A stretch of DNA of 63,982 bases, counting the filler, from Basidiobolus ranarum (Eukaryota), in assembly GCA_040143965.1 (NCBI GenBank). It is 3 parts of 3 records of this genome, joined end to end, with 100 filler letters (N's around TTAATTAATTAA, not from the genome) between each part and the next. Parts side by side here need not be neighbours in the genome. Positions count along the whole stretch, not along the records: positions 24,056 to 47,831 come from JASJQH010000161.1; positions 47,932 to 63,982 come from JASJQH010000355.1; 1 more part is not named here. One strand, given 5' to 3'. Each line of letters begins with the position of its first letter. The stretch's first letter is position 1. A program made the position numbers and the translations under genes. This document shows positions 38,464 through 52,057 of this stretch, piece after piece. The notes beneath the pieces were generated by a model, which worked only from the letters and a program-made list of their open reading frames with translations, was not told where the DNA came from and made no database searches.

Positions 38464-39010
38464 ATGGTCAGTCCAACTCTTTTTTTATGCATCCATCTAA
38501 TTTAAGTCCTACAAAGGTAGTTGAGTGCCATTTTAATATATATCATGAGAGCTTAAACTACTCCTTTCCTACAGGCTAAAGTTTCGGCTCACGCACTTCG
38601 CAATAAGTCCAAGGACGAACTCAAGAAGGAACTTGATGAACTCAAACAAGAACTTTCTTCCTTGAGAGTTCAAAAGGTTGCTGGTGGTGCTGCTTCCAAG
38701 TTGACTAAGATGTAAGTACTGAATCCTCATTGGTCGGATGAGAGCACATTTGATTAACCCTCTCATCGATAGCAACACCGTTCGCAAGTCCATCGCCCGT
38801 GTTCTCACTGTCATTACTCAAACTGAGCGTCAAAACATTCGTCTCTTGTACAAACAAGAAGGCCGTAAATACTTGCCTTTGGATCTTCGTTATAAGAAGA
38901 CCCGTGCTATTCGTCGTCGTTTGACTAAGTTCGAAGTTACTCGCAAGACCCTCAGACAACAGAAGAAAGATATCCACTTCCCTCAAAGAAAGTTTGCTGT
39001 CAAGGCTTAA
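38464..39010 (+). CDS. RPL35: 60S ribosomal protein L35 (uL29), 3 exons
   Basis: ATG|intron 38467-38574|[32 protein letters not shown]|intron 38712-38772|[41 protein letters not shown]. Confidence 0.97.
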
Positions 39011-39448
39011 GTAGTTGCATATGATAGCTTGCATGTTCTATCTTTTAACGTTTCAATTATGGATACTTTGAAAATTCTAGTAGAATAAAAGTTCATTCTT
39101 GTTGGACGAAAGCAAGAATTCCATATCCAGCTCGTTGGTTCAGAGACTTTGTACAGAACAAAGAACATCTTGCGCATATTCTTCGAATGAAATGCGTTGA
39201 ACCATACGTTCATGCTAGAATTGCAGAACTAGTTGCATGTCGATTATTGAAATAGATTTATTTCATTTGGTGTGATTATCAAGCATTGTTGGTTATGATC
39301 ACAGTGACTAACTCCAAGTGATCATCGATATGAAGACTCAATCTAATGAAATGTGATATATGTGAGATAAGGTATTGTAGTGTATATATGAGATGTGAAT
39401 GCATATTCAATCTGTAAGTATATTCCGAACATTGGATGTAGCGGAACC

Positions 39449-40094
39449 TTAGCTCATTGAATAGATGGCTAGCAGGAGGGTAGAAAACTGAGCAAACTTC
39501 GGAGTTATGGCCAATTGAGTAGCTGCGTTGTTTCTGTTGAATGGGTTGGCATTGTTCGCCACAGTGGAATTGTCCACTGTATTTGTGGTTTCTGTAATAT
39601 TGGTAGAGTTTGCAGACGATGCATCTATGGCCTGATTTTTGGGATGCACCAAATTTTTCAATGAAGAGTTGGGATTAACTATGAAAAATAGCGGACTAAA
39701 GACTTGTACACCAGGTAATGTAGCTCCTATACTATATTGGACACCTTCATCTATTATGGGCGAAACATACCAATCGTACCTTCGGGCATTGGCTTCGATG
39801 GGCGACACAATGGCAGTCACTGGTTGTCTAGTTGTTGCATCGCCTTGATACAATTGAAATGACAGAAGATTGGGAGTAAGTTGGCCACCAACTTCTCTCC
39901 TATAAAATAAGTATTCAATATCGTGTTAGATCAATTATTGATTCATACCGATAGTTTGGATCTTACCAAATGATAGCTACAGTAGTACCAGCCTGAATAC
40001 TTCCACCCGAGGGGCTGGTGATGTCTATGATTCCATAGACGGAAGAGGCTGAAAAAAAGAGGAAGAATAACGCTAGATGAAAAATAGAAAGCAT
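39449..40094 (-). CDS. Secreted, probably GPI-anchored Ser/Thr-rich cell-surface protein (Kre9/Knh1-N-like Ig fold), 2 exons
   Basis: Signal peptide MLSIFHLALFFLFFSASSVYG, ITSPSGGSIQAGTTVAIIW|, YDW..QYSI..FSPLF, Asn/Thr-rich stalk, hydrophobic C-terminus. Confidence 0.75.
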
Positions 40095-41887
40095 GGTCTA
40101 TAATCGATGCTTGGGCTAAAATCAAAGTTGTGATAAGATAAGTCGAAAGCCAGAAAACGATGACTATCAAATTATAAGTAGATCACTTCTAAGCTTAGGT
40201 CTTATAAAGCGAAAGAAAGTGAATTTGCACATTGGATATGTTCCCTTTGCATATGTGCCAGTAGCCTTTTCTTTCAATCTATCAATATTGCTATCGTCGG
40301 CTGCACATAATCGTAACACAACAAATAGTCCTCCAGGTTTCTCTGTATCTTGTGCCATCTTCTCTGCATGCAATATCCTTTATAGATTGTGGATTTGGTG
40401 AGTGGAGAGTGATACTTGGGGGACGTCATGAATCTAATCGGCTGAACTGATCGGCGCTCTACATTTAGATTTTTATTGATCTTCAAATGCAAATTCAATA
40501 CAAAGCATTTTGTCAAACCAAACTTCTGAAAGGAGATCTTGCTTTTGATTAGCCCACGTTTTAGTTGTCAAAAGGCATCAGCTCTGAGAGATACAGAGTA
40601 TGGGGTCTTGCTCAGATCGCATAACTATGCAATATACGCATGGTTTCTCAGCTAAAAGTCAGTCAAATGTGATGTCTATTCTACAGTAAATCAGGAAGCC
40701 GCAAGTTAAAAAACACTCGATTTAATCACTACAAGGTTAGCGGCACGCTTATCGCCTGGCGGTATTGGACTATTAGTAACAATAACTAAATCAAACTGAG
40801 CAAATAAAAGTATACAATTTGAAACTTTATCGACTGGTACATTCTCTACCAAATAAACTGATCTGTTGGGGATCTTCCATTTCATGAGAAAAGCGCAACA
40901 GCAGTCTACTACATGCCAGAAGGTGTTGGTGAGACTGAAGGGTACGGGGAAGGGAATATCCGGAGAGAGGTTGAATGACAAATAGCTAGTAGTGATGACA
41001 TATATGAGTGCATACACTTTATTATCTGAACACATCACTCCAGGCATCCCTAGAAATTGGCCGAGATATGGAATGAATTACCGAGTGTTTGCGCACAATT
41101 CGGCATTCAGATTTTCGTCAGCTATTGCATACACACAATGAGAAACGAGTCGTCAAGCATTTCTATTCACAAATGCACAACAGATGTCCATCTCCAATGG
41201 AGGCGATGGCCAACACATCATAATTATTGTTGACTTTCTCACAGTTTGACCAATGTGACATGAAATCACCTCATGTGAAGTGATGTTCAAGTTCTTATTG
41301 ATTACAGTTCATCCATCGATGCTACGATTTGTGAATTGCTTGTGCAATGATGGTGGCATGTACATGCGGTTTAATTTATGTTAAGCATGTGTCAAGAATG
41401 AGACGTAAGATTTGGGTTTCGGCTTGCCTGATGCGAAAAAACTTCCTAAACATCCTGGATTTATGAATGGGGGCCCTCAAAATGAAATTCTATTCACTTT
41501 CAGTGTCTAAAGTAAAAGTTCTGCAGCCTTCAGCTCACCATACATGCAATTCAAAAATCCAATTCCTTTCATGGAAGATTATGGATAGACGTATCAGTTT
41601 GATAGCTGAGAAGTCGTGGATGACTTGCTCAAAACGAAGTGTGATTTCTCCGCAATGCATAATAAAGCATAGAATTACTTGATTGTGGTCACAATTACTA
41701 TAATCCTTAGAATGCTGTGAAATATGGGCTAAGATAAAGATACTTAACGCAGGTGCTTGCTTGTTCAAAGTAATGCGGCCATAATCGGGAGGAATACGCT
41801 TTCCTATATATACTGGTCTTCCTGCTGCTTTCAGGAGCAATAGAAACACAAATCTCTTCGAATCATTAGCGAGGCGTCTAACATGAA

Positions 41888-43075
41888 ATGAGCGTGGCTG
41901 AGGAAGTGCTCTTTCAGAATAATATTTACGATTTTGTATTTTATCTACTTCACGCTGGCTCAGTTGTTAGTGCTGCGTTAGTTACATTAACATTTCTAGG
42001 TCTATCTTGGTTCAAAGGCGAGCTCACTGAAAGTATTTCATTTAGATTGTCTATCTGGATCGCCGTGGTAGACATATTTTATAGTTTGTTCAACATTTTG
42101 AACCACGCTTTCACAAATCCTGGGTTTCTCTGTACAAGTAGTGCTTGGGGGATCTCTTTTACCAGTTTATTCTTCGTTTTCTTGTCGGTAAGCTTGGCCT
42201 TTAACTTGCAGGCTACAGTGGTACATAACAAACCAGAAAAACCCAAATGGGAAAAAATATACATCTTCACCTCCTTGGCGTTGGCCCTGGTACTGAGCCT
42301 GGCTCCACTACCTTTTGATGTGTTCGGATATGATAGCAATAATAATATATGTTGGTTCATATCAACTCATCAACATCGAGCTGTCTGGGAGACTCTGACA
42401 TTCCTTAGTTGGTCCATTCTGGGAGTTGTTTACAGCGTGGTTGTGGTTGCAATGATTACAGAGAGGTTTATACGCCAAGTGCGGTGTATATCTGCTTTGG
42501 AAAATTTGTCGGATTCCCATAGTATTAACATCGATCGCTCCAAGATCATCAATTTAGCAGCGCTGTTTATTACATTCTATGCACTCGTCCCGGCTATTAC
42601 ACAAACGTTCAATCTACTTGCAGAGTTCATGGTTCTTGATGGATTAAAAGTGAGCTTCCCTCTACTAATGGCAGCGGTAATAAGTAGTTCAATCCAGGGA
42701 ATAGTAAATTCGATAGTCTTCGCTTTAGATCCCACTTTACGTTTGGCCGTGTCGGAATTACGCGAGGATCTACTTAGAGTCTATTTCAGTAGTAAGCTTG
42801 ACATACCACCTGAAATGGAACATTCTCCTAGTATGCGACAAAGAATCCTAAATTTTACCGTTGAGAATTTTTTACTAAGGAGTAGTACCTATGTTAACGA
42901 TGTGGAAGCTACTTGGTCCGTTATTGAAGGAATACAAGTACCAGAGAAAGTAAAAATACCCATGACAATGCTGAGCCAAAAAGGCGACGAATTTGATAAT
43001 ATAGAAATTCATACCTTGGAGATATCGACTATAGCAACCCTCTCTATGGTACCTTCACCGTTACTCAAAAAGTAA
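41888..43075 (+). CDS. 7-TM G-protein-coupled receptor-like protein (cAMP-receptor/Git3-like), intronless
   Basis: Seven hydrophobic segments; LC..AW, AFNL, CWF, QGIVNSIVF motifs. Confidence 0.8.
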   Translation: MSVAEEVLFQNNIYDFVFYLLHAGSVVSAALVTLTFLGLSWFKGELTESISFRLSIWIAVVDIFYSLFNILNHAFTNPGFLCTSSAWGISFTSLFFVFLSVSLAFNLQATVVHNKPEKPKWEKIYIFTSLALALVLSLAPLPFDVFGYDSNNNICWFISTHQHRAVWETLTFLSWSILGVVYSVVVVAMITERFIRQVRCISALENLSDSHSINIDRSKIINLAALFITFYALVPAITQTFNLLAEFMVLDGLKVSFPLLMAAVISSSIQGIVNSIVFALDPTLRLAVSELREDLLRVYFSSKLDIPPEMEHSPSMRQRILNFTVENFLLRSSTYVNDVEATWSVIEGIQVPEKVKIPMTMLSQKGDEFDNIEIHTLEISTIATLSMVPSPLLKK

Positions 43076-43691
43076 ATAGTTTAACTTTCTGACTCGGTTT
43101 TTATTCTTGTGTAAATCGCTACAAGTTACAGTACATCCTGTATTTCCACTTTTCTCGACGTTCCTTGACATTGCCAGTTCAAAAGAAGTAATACAAGTTT
43201 TATTCCTTGCGTTACTTTTCTACGTCTAATACTTGTTTCACTGCTTCTTCAGTGAAAAAAAGGTTTACTATTGTATATCTAAATTTTGTAATATGGATAG
43301 ACTAAAGCCTTGTGTTCATTATTGGTGGATTTATATTATTTATTACACAATGGCAAATCGGATATGCCTTAAGCTGTCAGTAGTCACCCCGTAGCATCTC
43401 GGTTCTAGTTGAACACAATACAATGAATACTGTTGATGATTCATTGCAATTTGACGTCGTTTTCTGAAACTATGTATCAAATAAAAGGTGGAGGTCATTT
43501 AACACGTGATAATACGATAGAGTATGATTTTCATATGATTTTGACATAACTTTGATTTATTAGTTAGTCACTGCTATGTTCCTCAGTATTAGTAGGTGAA
43601 GGTTTTGAAATATTTCGAAACTTGGTTATACCAACCTTTTACTAATTCACATAAAACTTGTCATTCTTTAAAGAAACTCCTTTTATCTCCT

Positions 43692-45501
43692 ATGTTGTTT
43701 GAAGTAAAGCAGTTGGGCAAATAGCCTTTGTATTTTTGTTTCTTGCTTGTAATTCTAACCGTAAAATTGGGTTTCAATAGGTCATCTCGGTATTTTTGAC
43801 GCCTGTAATACGAATTGTTGACCCTTGGGTCAACCAGTTGTCAAATTTCTTCAGTTCACCTAAAACCCAAAGGTTTCTAGTTAAAACTTTTGTCTCGGCC
43901 GTTGTGTTTCTCGGACTTCTTGCAACGGCAATATTTGCATATGCTTCTTTCTACATGATACATATCCCCAAGGTTGCCCACGATGCACCAGTGTTTCTTC
44001 AATACAGGTAAAAATTGAAGTTTAATCATGTATTTCTTCCCTTCCTACTCTTCATATTAATTATTCTCTTTTAAAGTAGCTCTTCTGGTCCATTATCAGC
44101 CGAAGTACTATTCACGGACTACAAGCCGGCTCAAGTAAGAGATAAGTTTAATGAATTGTCCGTATTGCACACCTCTTATACTATACTTTATAGTTCCTTA
44201 GATATGGCCAAGGTTATGATGTTGTCTTGGATGTGCATGTCCCTTCTTCAGAGCAGAACACTGCGTTAGGTAAAGCCATAATGATGTTTCTCAACTCTAC
44301 CATAATGTGTGTACTAAAAGTGTCACTATCTGATTAAATATAATACAGGTAATTTTATGGTTCAAGTACAACTACGCAACGCTGAGGGGAAAGTATTACA
44401 TGAATCAGCAAGATCTGCTATACTAAAGTATCAGTCACCACTCTTGAAACTCATGTGTACAATCTGGAAGGCTGTACCATTACTGTTGAATTTGGCTGAT
44501 GAATCCCAAACAATATCAGTCAAAATGATTGAACGTGTCGTGGAAAACTATGTAAGCATATAGAGACTTTCGAACCCTGAAAACAATAGAGTAGCAGGTT
44601 TATGGATAATCTAATGGTTTATTAACATACCATTTACCTTGGTGATCTAGGACGATCCTATTACTCATGCTATTGTAAATATCTCCTCTCCCAAACTTCA
44701 AATTTACTCCGCCAAACTTCGCCTAGATGCACGTTTCGAGGGACTTCGGTACGTAATTCCATGAATCATACATCAAATTTATTTAGTGCTGAAGTCATTT
44801 TCCCTTGGTTTGCCTTTAAATATAGCTATTTCATGTATTACTGGAGCACCTCTACTGCTGCCGTTTTTGTCGTCCTTTTCTTTCTATGGGAAGTTGTGTT
44901 CAGTTTCATCGCCTGGAAAGTCTTGGTTTCTTGGTGGAATCAACGCTCTAGATTCCTTGAAGAGGAACCACAAACGGTTCCTACAAAGATGGAGACAGAT
45001 CCTTGGGAAATGGTCGACGCTAAGATAGCTAAATTAGATGATGAACTGGAAGATGAAGAGAGTGATGTCGAAATTAAAACTGCTTTGTCAGAGGTGGAGA
45101 CCATGGTAGAATCGTTAGCTGAAAGTAAAAACCATAAACATGTTAGTATCTTTCCTTCATCTCTTAAATGGAACAGCGGAAGAATGGCTGGATATAACAA
45201 TTCTATGAGATCATCTTGTTAACTCGTGACATTTTAGTTTCCTTTCAGTGCACCACGAGATGTGGATTCAGCTATTGAAACCAGTACTTTCTATAATTCA
45301 GAGATCTTCAACGAAGTTAAAAGCGAAAACAGTGAAACGAACTCTCTTGACGAAACAGAGATCGAGTCTCTCATGGACCAGCGACGTGTCCCTTCGTCGG
45401 TAAAGCGTCGTAAGGATGTAACAATTGATGAGGTAAAGGAGGAATTCAACGATTCGGGTGCATCCACTTCATATGAATATAGAACAGGTGGACACCAGTA
45501 A
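43692..45501 (+). CDS. SEI1: Seipin (lipid-droplet biogenesis; BSCL2/Sei1 family), multi-exon
   Basis: Spliced motifs PVFLQY, YDVVLDVHVPSSEQNTALGNFMV, RSAILKYQSPLL, LQIYSAKLRLDARFEGLRYFMYYW; two TM helices; acidic C-terminus. Confidence 0.88.
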
Positions 45502-45933
45502 AAATGGAATCAAATGAAAAGGAAACTAATGGTCAATAAAAGTATACTTCTTGTATATAAGTGGTTCGCACTCTCTTCATAAATAAAGTCCTTAGTAAGC
45601 TTAAGCCCCAAACCATCACCATTTTAAACGTAGCAATTATATATATATTAAGGCCTCTAGGTTCTAGGCTTTGGCTGTGAATACTTTACATTTAGTCACG
45701 TATTTAGTCATGGTTTTTTCTGGTCAATTAATAATAAAAGCCATATTTTTATATGCTTGTGATAAGGGCTAAATTTTACAAATCATCGATCAAATCCGAT
45801 ATTTTTATTAAAAAGAAACTTTTTTTTGTTTTCCTAGTCACATCATCAAGTTGGGGGGTGGATTCTTGGTGTTGTTATTTCCTGAGGAAAAATCCATATA
45901 TTATTCAAAATAAAGGTTTACTTTAAATGAGAT

Positions 45934-47831
45934 ATGACGGTCATTCATAAAAAACGTACCGTTGACGATGTTGACAAAGGTAACAAGTACATCTACTTTA
46001 AACATATATTATAGCTTTATCTTTCCCTTCTGACACGTCCTCTAACGTGTTTTCATTTGTTTACTTTTTATTTTTGATAACGCCTAATTATAGCTGCTGA
46101 CGTTGGTGTAAAGTATCATTGCGACTTTTGTCAGGTCAACATAACTTCTACAGTACGCATAAAGTGTGCTAACTGTACAGATTTTGACCTTTGTGTGAAG
46201 TGTTTTACCCATGGTGTTGAGATTGGAAAACACAAAAACGATCATGATTATCAAGTAGTGGTAAGCATTTTTATTCCATATTCTCTTCCACAATCAATAT
46301 TCTAATTACTTGGCTTGGTATTTTCTAACATCTCGTTTGCACATCACTCCGTAGGATAAACATACCTTCCCTATATTTGATTCAAGTTGGGGTGCTGATG
46401 AGGAGCTGTTACTGATAGAAGCACTTGAAATATACGGAATGGGTAACTGGGCTGATGCAGCTGATCATGTTGGAACCAAAAACAAAGAAGAATGTGAACA
46501 ACATTATATTGATACCTACGTTAACTCGGAAACCTGGCCATTACCGGTATGTTCATATTTCTTATATTATGTATAAATCTCCTTGTTTTGAAGTCCAAAA
46601 ATACCCCACTTTAAACATTACTTATACACGTATTTTAACTTGGAATGAAATCTCACTTTTATTGTGTTTTCAGAATATGAATCTCGACTTCAGCCCTGAG
46701 ATAGACGCAGTTAGCGATCGAAAGAAAGTTAAAGTCACCAAGCAAGGTACGCCACTTATCAAGTTCACGATATTCTTACATAAATTTCGGGTTCTTTTAT
46801 TAAATTGTTCGCGTTAACTTCCATAATACCAACAGCCCTTAATCGTTACGGAAAGGTAAGAAAGCTTCTCTCTAGCAAAAATTAGCTCATTTCAACTGAG
46901 CTTGATGTATATATTGAACATTCTTTAGCCTCTTCAAAGTATGCCATCGAATCACGAAATCGCTGGTTACATGCCTGGTAGATACGAGTTTGAAACTGAA
47001 TATGATAATGAGGCTGAGCAATACGTCAAAGACCTCGTGTTTGGTGAAGAAGACACACCAGAAGAAACAGGTAAGTAATCGCCTGATTTCCATTTATACT
47101 CTTCACTCCACTAACGACCAAGAATCACCTACTTTTCACAGAGCTCAAACTCACGGTTTTTGAGATCTATAATTCCAAATTGGATAAACGTACTGAGCGT
47201 AAGAAGTTCATATTTCAGCGAGGCTTGTTGGATTACCGAAAGGTATATTGATTGTACTTAACAATTGCAATCAAGACAAAAATGTTAAGCATCTGAGAAT
47301 TTCCATGTCATTTACAGAACCTTGCAAACGAGCGGAAGAGGACAAAAGAAGAGCGTGATTTGATTAACAAGACAAAAGTATTCGCACGATTGCAGACGGC
47401 AGATGACTATGAGAAATTCCTAGCGGGACTGATAAGTATGCCCAAAATCCAGACATCAGCCCGGTCCATATTCACTCACCGATTCTTCTCTAGATGAGAT
47501 GGCATTGCGCAAAAGAATCGCCGAGTTACAGGAGTATCGTAGAAATGGAATAACCACTCTGGCTGAGGCTGAAGTGTACGAACGGGACAAGGCACAAAGG
47601 GTTTGTTTGGATCTTTGCTCTTATAATGATTGACACAGCTAAGCTAATAAGAACACCCTTCCCTTCCCTTGCAACAGCAATCCAATCTCAAACTACTCAC
47701 GGGTCGCGAAAGCTTAGCCGCAAGTGAGCGTCTTTCACGCTATGCTTCTAGACACGTGCCTCAAGAGGTATGTCTTAGTTAGTGAGATTGCTGTCTAACC
47801 AAATGCTAATCTTTCTTCCCTACTCTATAGA
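45934..47831 (+). CDS. ADA2: SAGA transcriptional adaptor Ada2 (ZZ zinc finger + SANT), many short exons, truncated at contig end
   Basis: Spliced [99 protein letters not shown]. Confidence 0.95.
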
Positions 47832-47931
47832 NNNNNNNNNNNNNNNNNNNNNNNNNNNNNNNNNNNNNNNNNNNNTTAATTAATTAANNNNNNNNNNNNN
47901 NNNNNNNNNNNNNNNNNNNNNNNNNNNNNNN
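47832..47931. other. Artificial contig-joining spacer (44N + TTAATTAATTAA + 44N)
   Basis: Same 100-bp spacer as 23956-24055. Confidence 0.97.
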
Positions 47932-48641
47932 GCCAGATTGTGCTGTATATATCATATTGGATAAATTATTCTAAAATATATGTGGCACAATTTGGCACTA
48001 TCCATCAACCTCGGGCATGATCAATTACAATCACACTTACTCTAATATATTGATCCAAGGTCCAATAAATCCTGGCACAATGGAACAAGTCCACTATAAG
48101 AGTTGAATTAACAGTACTTGGAGCTTCTTTCTATGGTGTAAGATCAGTTAGAAGATGAATCCTTTGACTTTAAAGAATTCCATGGCCATGACATTCAAAT
48201 TAAGAAACCCAATTGATACTTATGGTATGCAGTATACAATAGTAGAGCTTGGTCACAACATCTCCATCTTCATGATGTAATATCCTGGTTGTAATAAACT
48301 AAACTAAGAGTAATTTTCAAGAATAAACAATCACATTGCTCAAAATAAGACAGAGCATATTCACTAAGGCCTAAACATGTAAATTACCAAAAATAATTAT
48401 GAGTCAACTACACCTACACCAGTCTAAAATTGAGCTTACAACAAGTTAATTAGTAGCTTCATGAATATAGATATCCTTGAAAGTATATTTTTTGGGATGC
48501 AACTGTGACATTTGTTGTGTGCTAAAAATCAAAGAATTCCATGATTTAAAGTGGTTTAGTATGAGACAATAGTTATATTTCTAAAGAAACTTGTAATGTA
48601 TACAATAAACATAAGTCATACTGAAATTACACCATAAAATA

Positions 48642-48800
48642 CCAAACTTTGTACACATGTTCCTGGGACACATTCTACATGTTAGTTTATTTACATCTTG
48701 ACAAAATTATAAATGTCAACTGAATACTCAATATATCAATAAATGAAAACCATCAATTGCTCTAATTCTCCAAACCACTTCCAACAGGCTCCCAAAATAC
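48642..48800. repeat. Repeat family A, copy 2
   Basis: Aligns with 424-590 and 54620-54794; sits in a CpG-depleted tract. Confidence 0.8.
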
Positions 48801-50969
48801 TTTAACAGCGATACTGGGAAATATGGGATGGTAGCAAGGTATGCCAGTCAGAATGTGATGACCAAGTGATCGGCATAGAATAATGGAAGTCACAGTGTAA
48901 CTTCACTAATTCAATCAAAGAGAAAGATGGATTCAACATTGTTAACTTGACTGAAAATTGCATATTCTGTACAAGTATAATTCTAAAGAACACCCAATTG
49001 ATATCAAGCAAAGCAGAGACACCATCAACTGGGAAGCGTCTAGGAAATTACTTTCGGCCATCAATAAGAAATGTCTCACGCAAGGTGATCAAAGATTTGG
49101 AATATACAAAGCAAGATATAACTTTTTGAAAATAGCTACAGGTGCCTAAAGCTAATTATGTAAAGGATATTCTTAACTCCGTGCAATAGTATTTCTATTT
49201 CTCTGATAATGGTTATTTGAATTTTCTCAACTGGCCCTGGTATGGTACATCCATGTACCTACTGGTTATGATGGAGATCACTTATTTGTACAATGGTAAC
49301 TGTGTGTATGAGGTATCTGTGCATGCTGATGTGGTTTGGTTTTTAAGTTTACCTAACCCTATAAATCCCAGGAATCTGATGGTAGCAAAATTTTTGTACC
49401 GGATACAATATGTGCCGAAAGGAGCTCTGATGGATACTGTAGTGAGGCGAAGAAGTTAAGTTACATCTGGACTGAGCGTGGTGTACCAAGCGATTGTTGT
49501 CGAATTCTAAAGCGCTAGTAACACCATAATGAAGCAATTGCCTGACCACAGTTAGAGATTTGATGTTTGCATGGTATATGTATATTGAAACTTAAATCAA
49601 GTTGCAGATGCTTCTTTAATCCTCATCAGTAAAGGTACACATATCCCTATACTTCAACAAGTACCCTCTACCATAATATCCAGAATCCAAGTCGGATACC
49701 AAGATTTGCTATCATTCTAGATATACTGTAAAGTCCTATTGATTTGCCAAAATAGATATATGTATGGGAATAGAACATACGAAATCATCACAAAACATCC
49801 GAAGTTCCAGAAGGCTGAAGGTGGACATCATTAATCAACCATCATGTTGTTTATCTACTAAGGCCAGAATGACCCAGAGTTGTCGATGTTGTAAAGATAA
49901 CCTTCACTTGATGAAGAGAATAACCTCTGAATAACTGCACGTGTCGCGGTCAATTTAGTATTACGATTATAACGCGCGTATAAACCGCAGGCGTCTTAAA
50001 AGTCATTGCGTAAGTGTTTGGAATGATTGATGATGTTTCCAATCATTAAGAATAGAAAATATGTCACCAAGCAACGTGCGTAGGATTGCTCTCTCTACAG
50101 TTTGAAACATTTCAATGAAGTCTTTTCAACCAGTGCGCTACTTCCGAATGTTCTTTTGTGGAGTAAAAATGACTGAACTAAGAATCGCTTCAACTATCAT
50201 CAACATCTAAAGAACTTCCGCCTCATTACAGATCCCATCACTATTATTAACTAAAAGGAATAAATGCCTCTAGAACATTCTAAAATTGAACACAACTTTA
50301 AAGCCTTTGCATTTCGGACGGAGAGACAGCATCATTCACGTATCTTGGGTTATTCAAAGTAAACCTACAACACTGGTAAAGATCACAAGACAAAAGTTTG
50401 TGGTACAAATTGTCAGTCCAATTTATTTTTACATTCGATCTAGTGTTACACTTTGTTTCTGAATGGAGTAACGGAGTTTGAATTTAAGGGACGTGATCCA
50501 TTGATTCGGGAATATAGATTGTGGATCATTAATTATAATGAACTTAGCCTCTACTTTACTCTACCAGCGAGATTTCTATTTATGGCTAATCTATATCATT
50601 CCTCATGTAACTTAATCCCAAGCCACGATTTCGACTAACTTGAATACGTTACCCAGGAAACTCCGCTGCTCTAACTGAGCAAAGAACTGAGAGAAATTCC
50701 TTCTCCCCATTTAAGGTACTGCTTCCAAATGGATCCCTACCATTAGTGGAAGTTCACTGACTGGTCGATATTCTTATTTCATCTAAATCCTTCAGCGAAA
50801 TCCAATGACCTGGCTTATCATGGAATCGGATTTAGCTTCTAGGTATCCGATGAGTATCAGGTAGAAAATAAGGATATTTCGGGAGTTAAAATGAGTGAGG
50901 CGTTAAGGGCTGGAATGGGGAGTATTTACAATCTATAATCAATAGGTGGAAATATATTGGAGAGGCAAC

Positions 50970-52057
50970 TTATTTGTGGGAAGTGGAAATTATACTACCG
51001 CTATTGGGAATATTAGAGCAGTTCTCCAATACATGTAATGTGGTCGAATTCGGAGTGAATGAGATAGGTAATATATTGGCTATACCTCCTTTCCAGATTA
51101 CCTTGTAGATCTCAGATAGATTGCTAGTAAACCCAAACACTAGGCTTAACCAAAATGACTCACTAATACTGAGGAAGGTTTGTATCCCATTCAGTGTGAA
51201 ACTATAATAGTCAGGATTGGTCAGTTGTATGATACGATTAACCACACCTGGCGTCCAACAGATTAGAAATATCATGACGTATAAAACATAATGATTCACT
51301 AGTCGTTCATAGGGATGCTTATTGCTTCGCTGTAGTTCCCAATGGCTCCTTCTTAATACGGAAATTCGACATAAGGTACTAACTAAAAGTATAATGTACA
51401 TCAGAAAGGAGAACAGAAGCCAACCATAGAACGTGCCAAGACGTAATCCTCCGGCAGTGGGTTGAATCCAACACCTAAAGTAAAGAAAGGTATCAGAAAT
51501 AGGTGATGTTGATGGTGAGAAAGGACTTCATATGCCGTACCATGCCTTGAGTGGTCTAATATCATCCAGGTTAACAAACAAAGGAATGACTAGAATTCCC
51601 GGAAGTCCCATTGAAAAGATAGTAAACTTCAGCATGGTCTTTCGCCTAAAAAACACCAGTTTTCCTGGAGGCAATAGAATAGTATATCTAGCACTACGTT
51701 AGTGTGGTTTGAGAGGAGATGGGAACCAAGTTAAACTTACATATTGATACAAATACAAATCCCCCAAAACCAATTACACAAATTGAAATAAGTAATGTGG
51801 AGTGCTTGTAGAACACATACCACTCTACTTTCTTCCCAATTCAGTGCTTGATAGATCAAAGCACCGCCATTAAGAAATACATTGATGATAGAGAGGAAGA
51901 GTAGAGATCTGTGATGGGCAACGATACTATGGGAGGCATTCACTAGAAAGCGTCGGTGTACCAAATAATAGTTTAATATGACAAAGCCACACCCTGTTAG
52001 AGAGAGAACATTGCCAGCTGTGACCAAGTTACTGAGTATGTCACTTTGGGTGGGCAT
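50970..52057 (-). CDS. cAMP-receptor-like 7-TM GPCR, 3 exons, with an apparent 1-nt frameshift (pseudogene or homopolymer error)
   Basis: LSLTGCGFVI, VCVLQA..FW..I.IN, AWCWI, YVMIFLICWTPGVVNRI motifs. The canonical intron 51740-51688 puts exon 2 out of frame (TGA at 51629-51631). Confidence 0.7.

Noticed and set aside
35858-39010. RPS10-ribokinase-RPL35 as a functional cluster
   Set aside because: Ordinary dense housekeeping neighbourhood; no evidence of co-regulation of ribokinase
8837-45501. Apparent grouping of lipid/contact-site genes (OSH3, VPS13, seipin)
   Set aside because: OSH3 is on a different contig; VPS13 and seipin are ~14 kb apart with unrelated genes between
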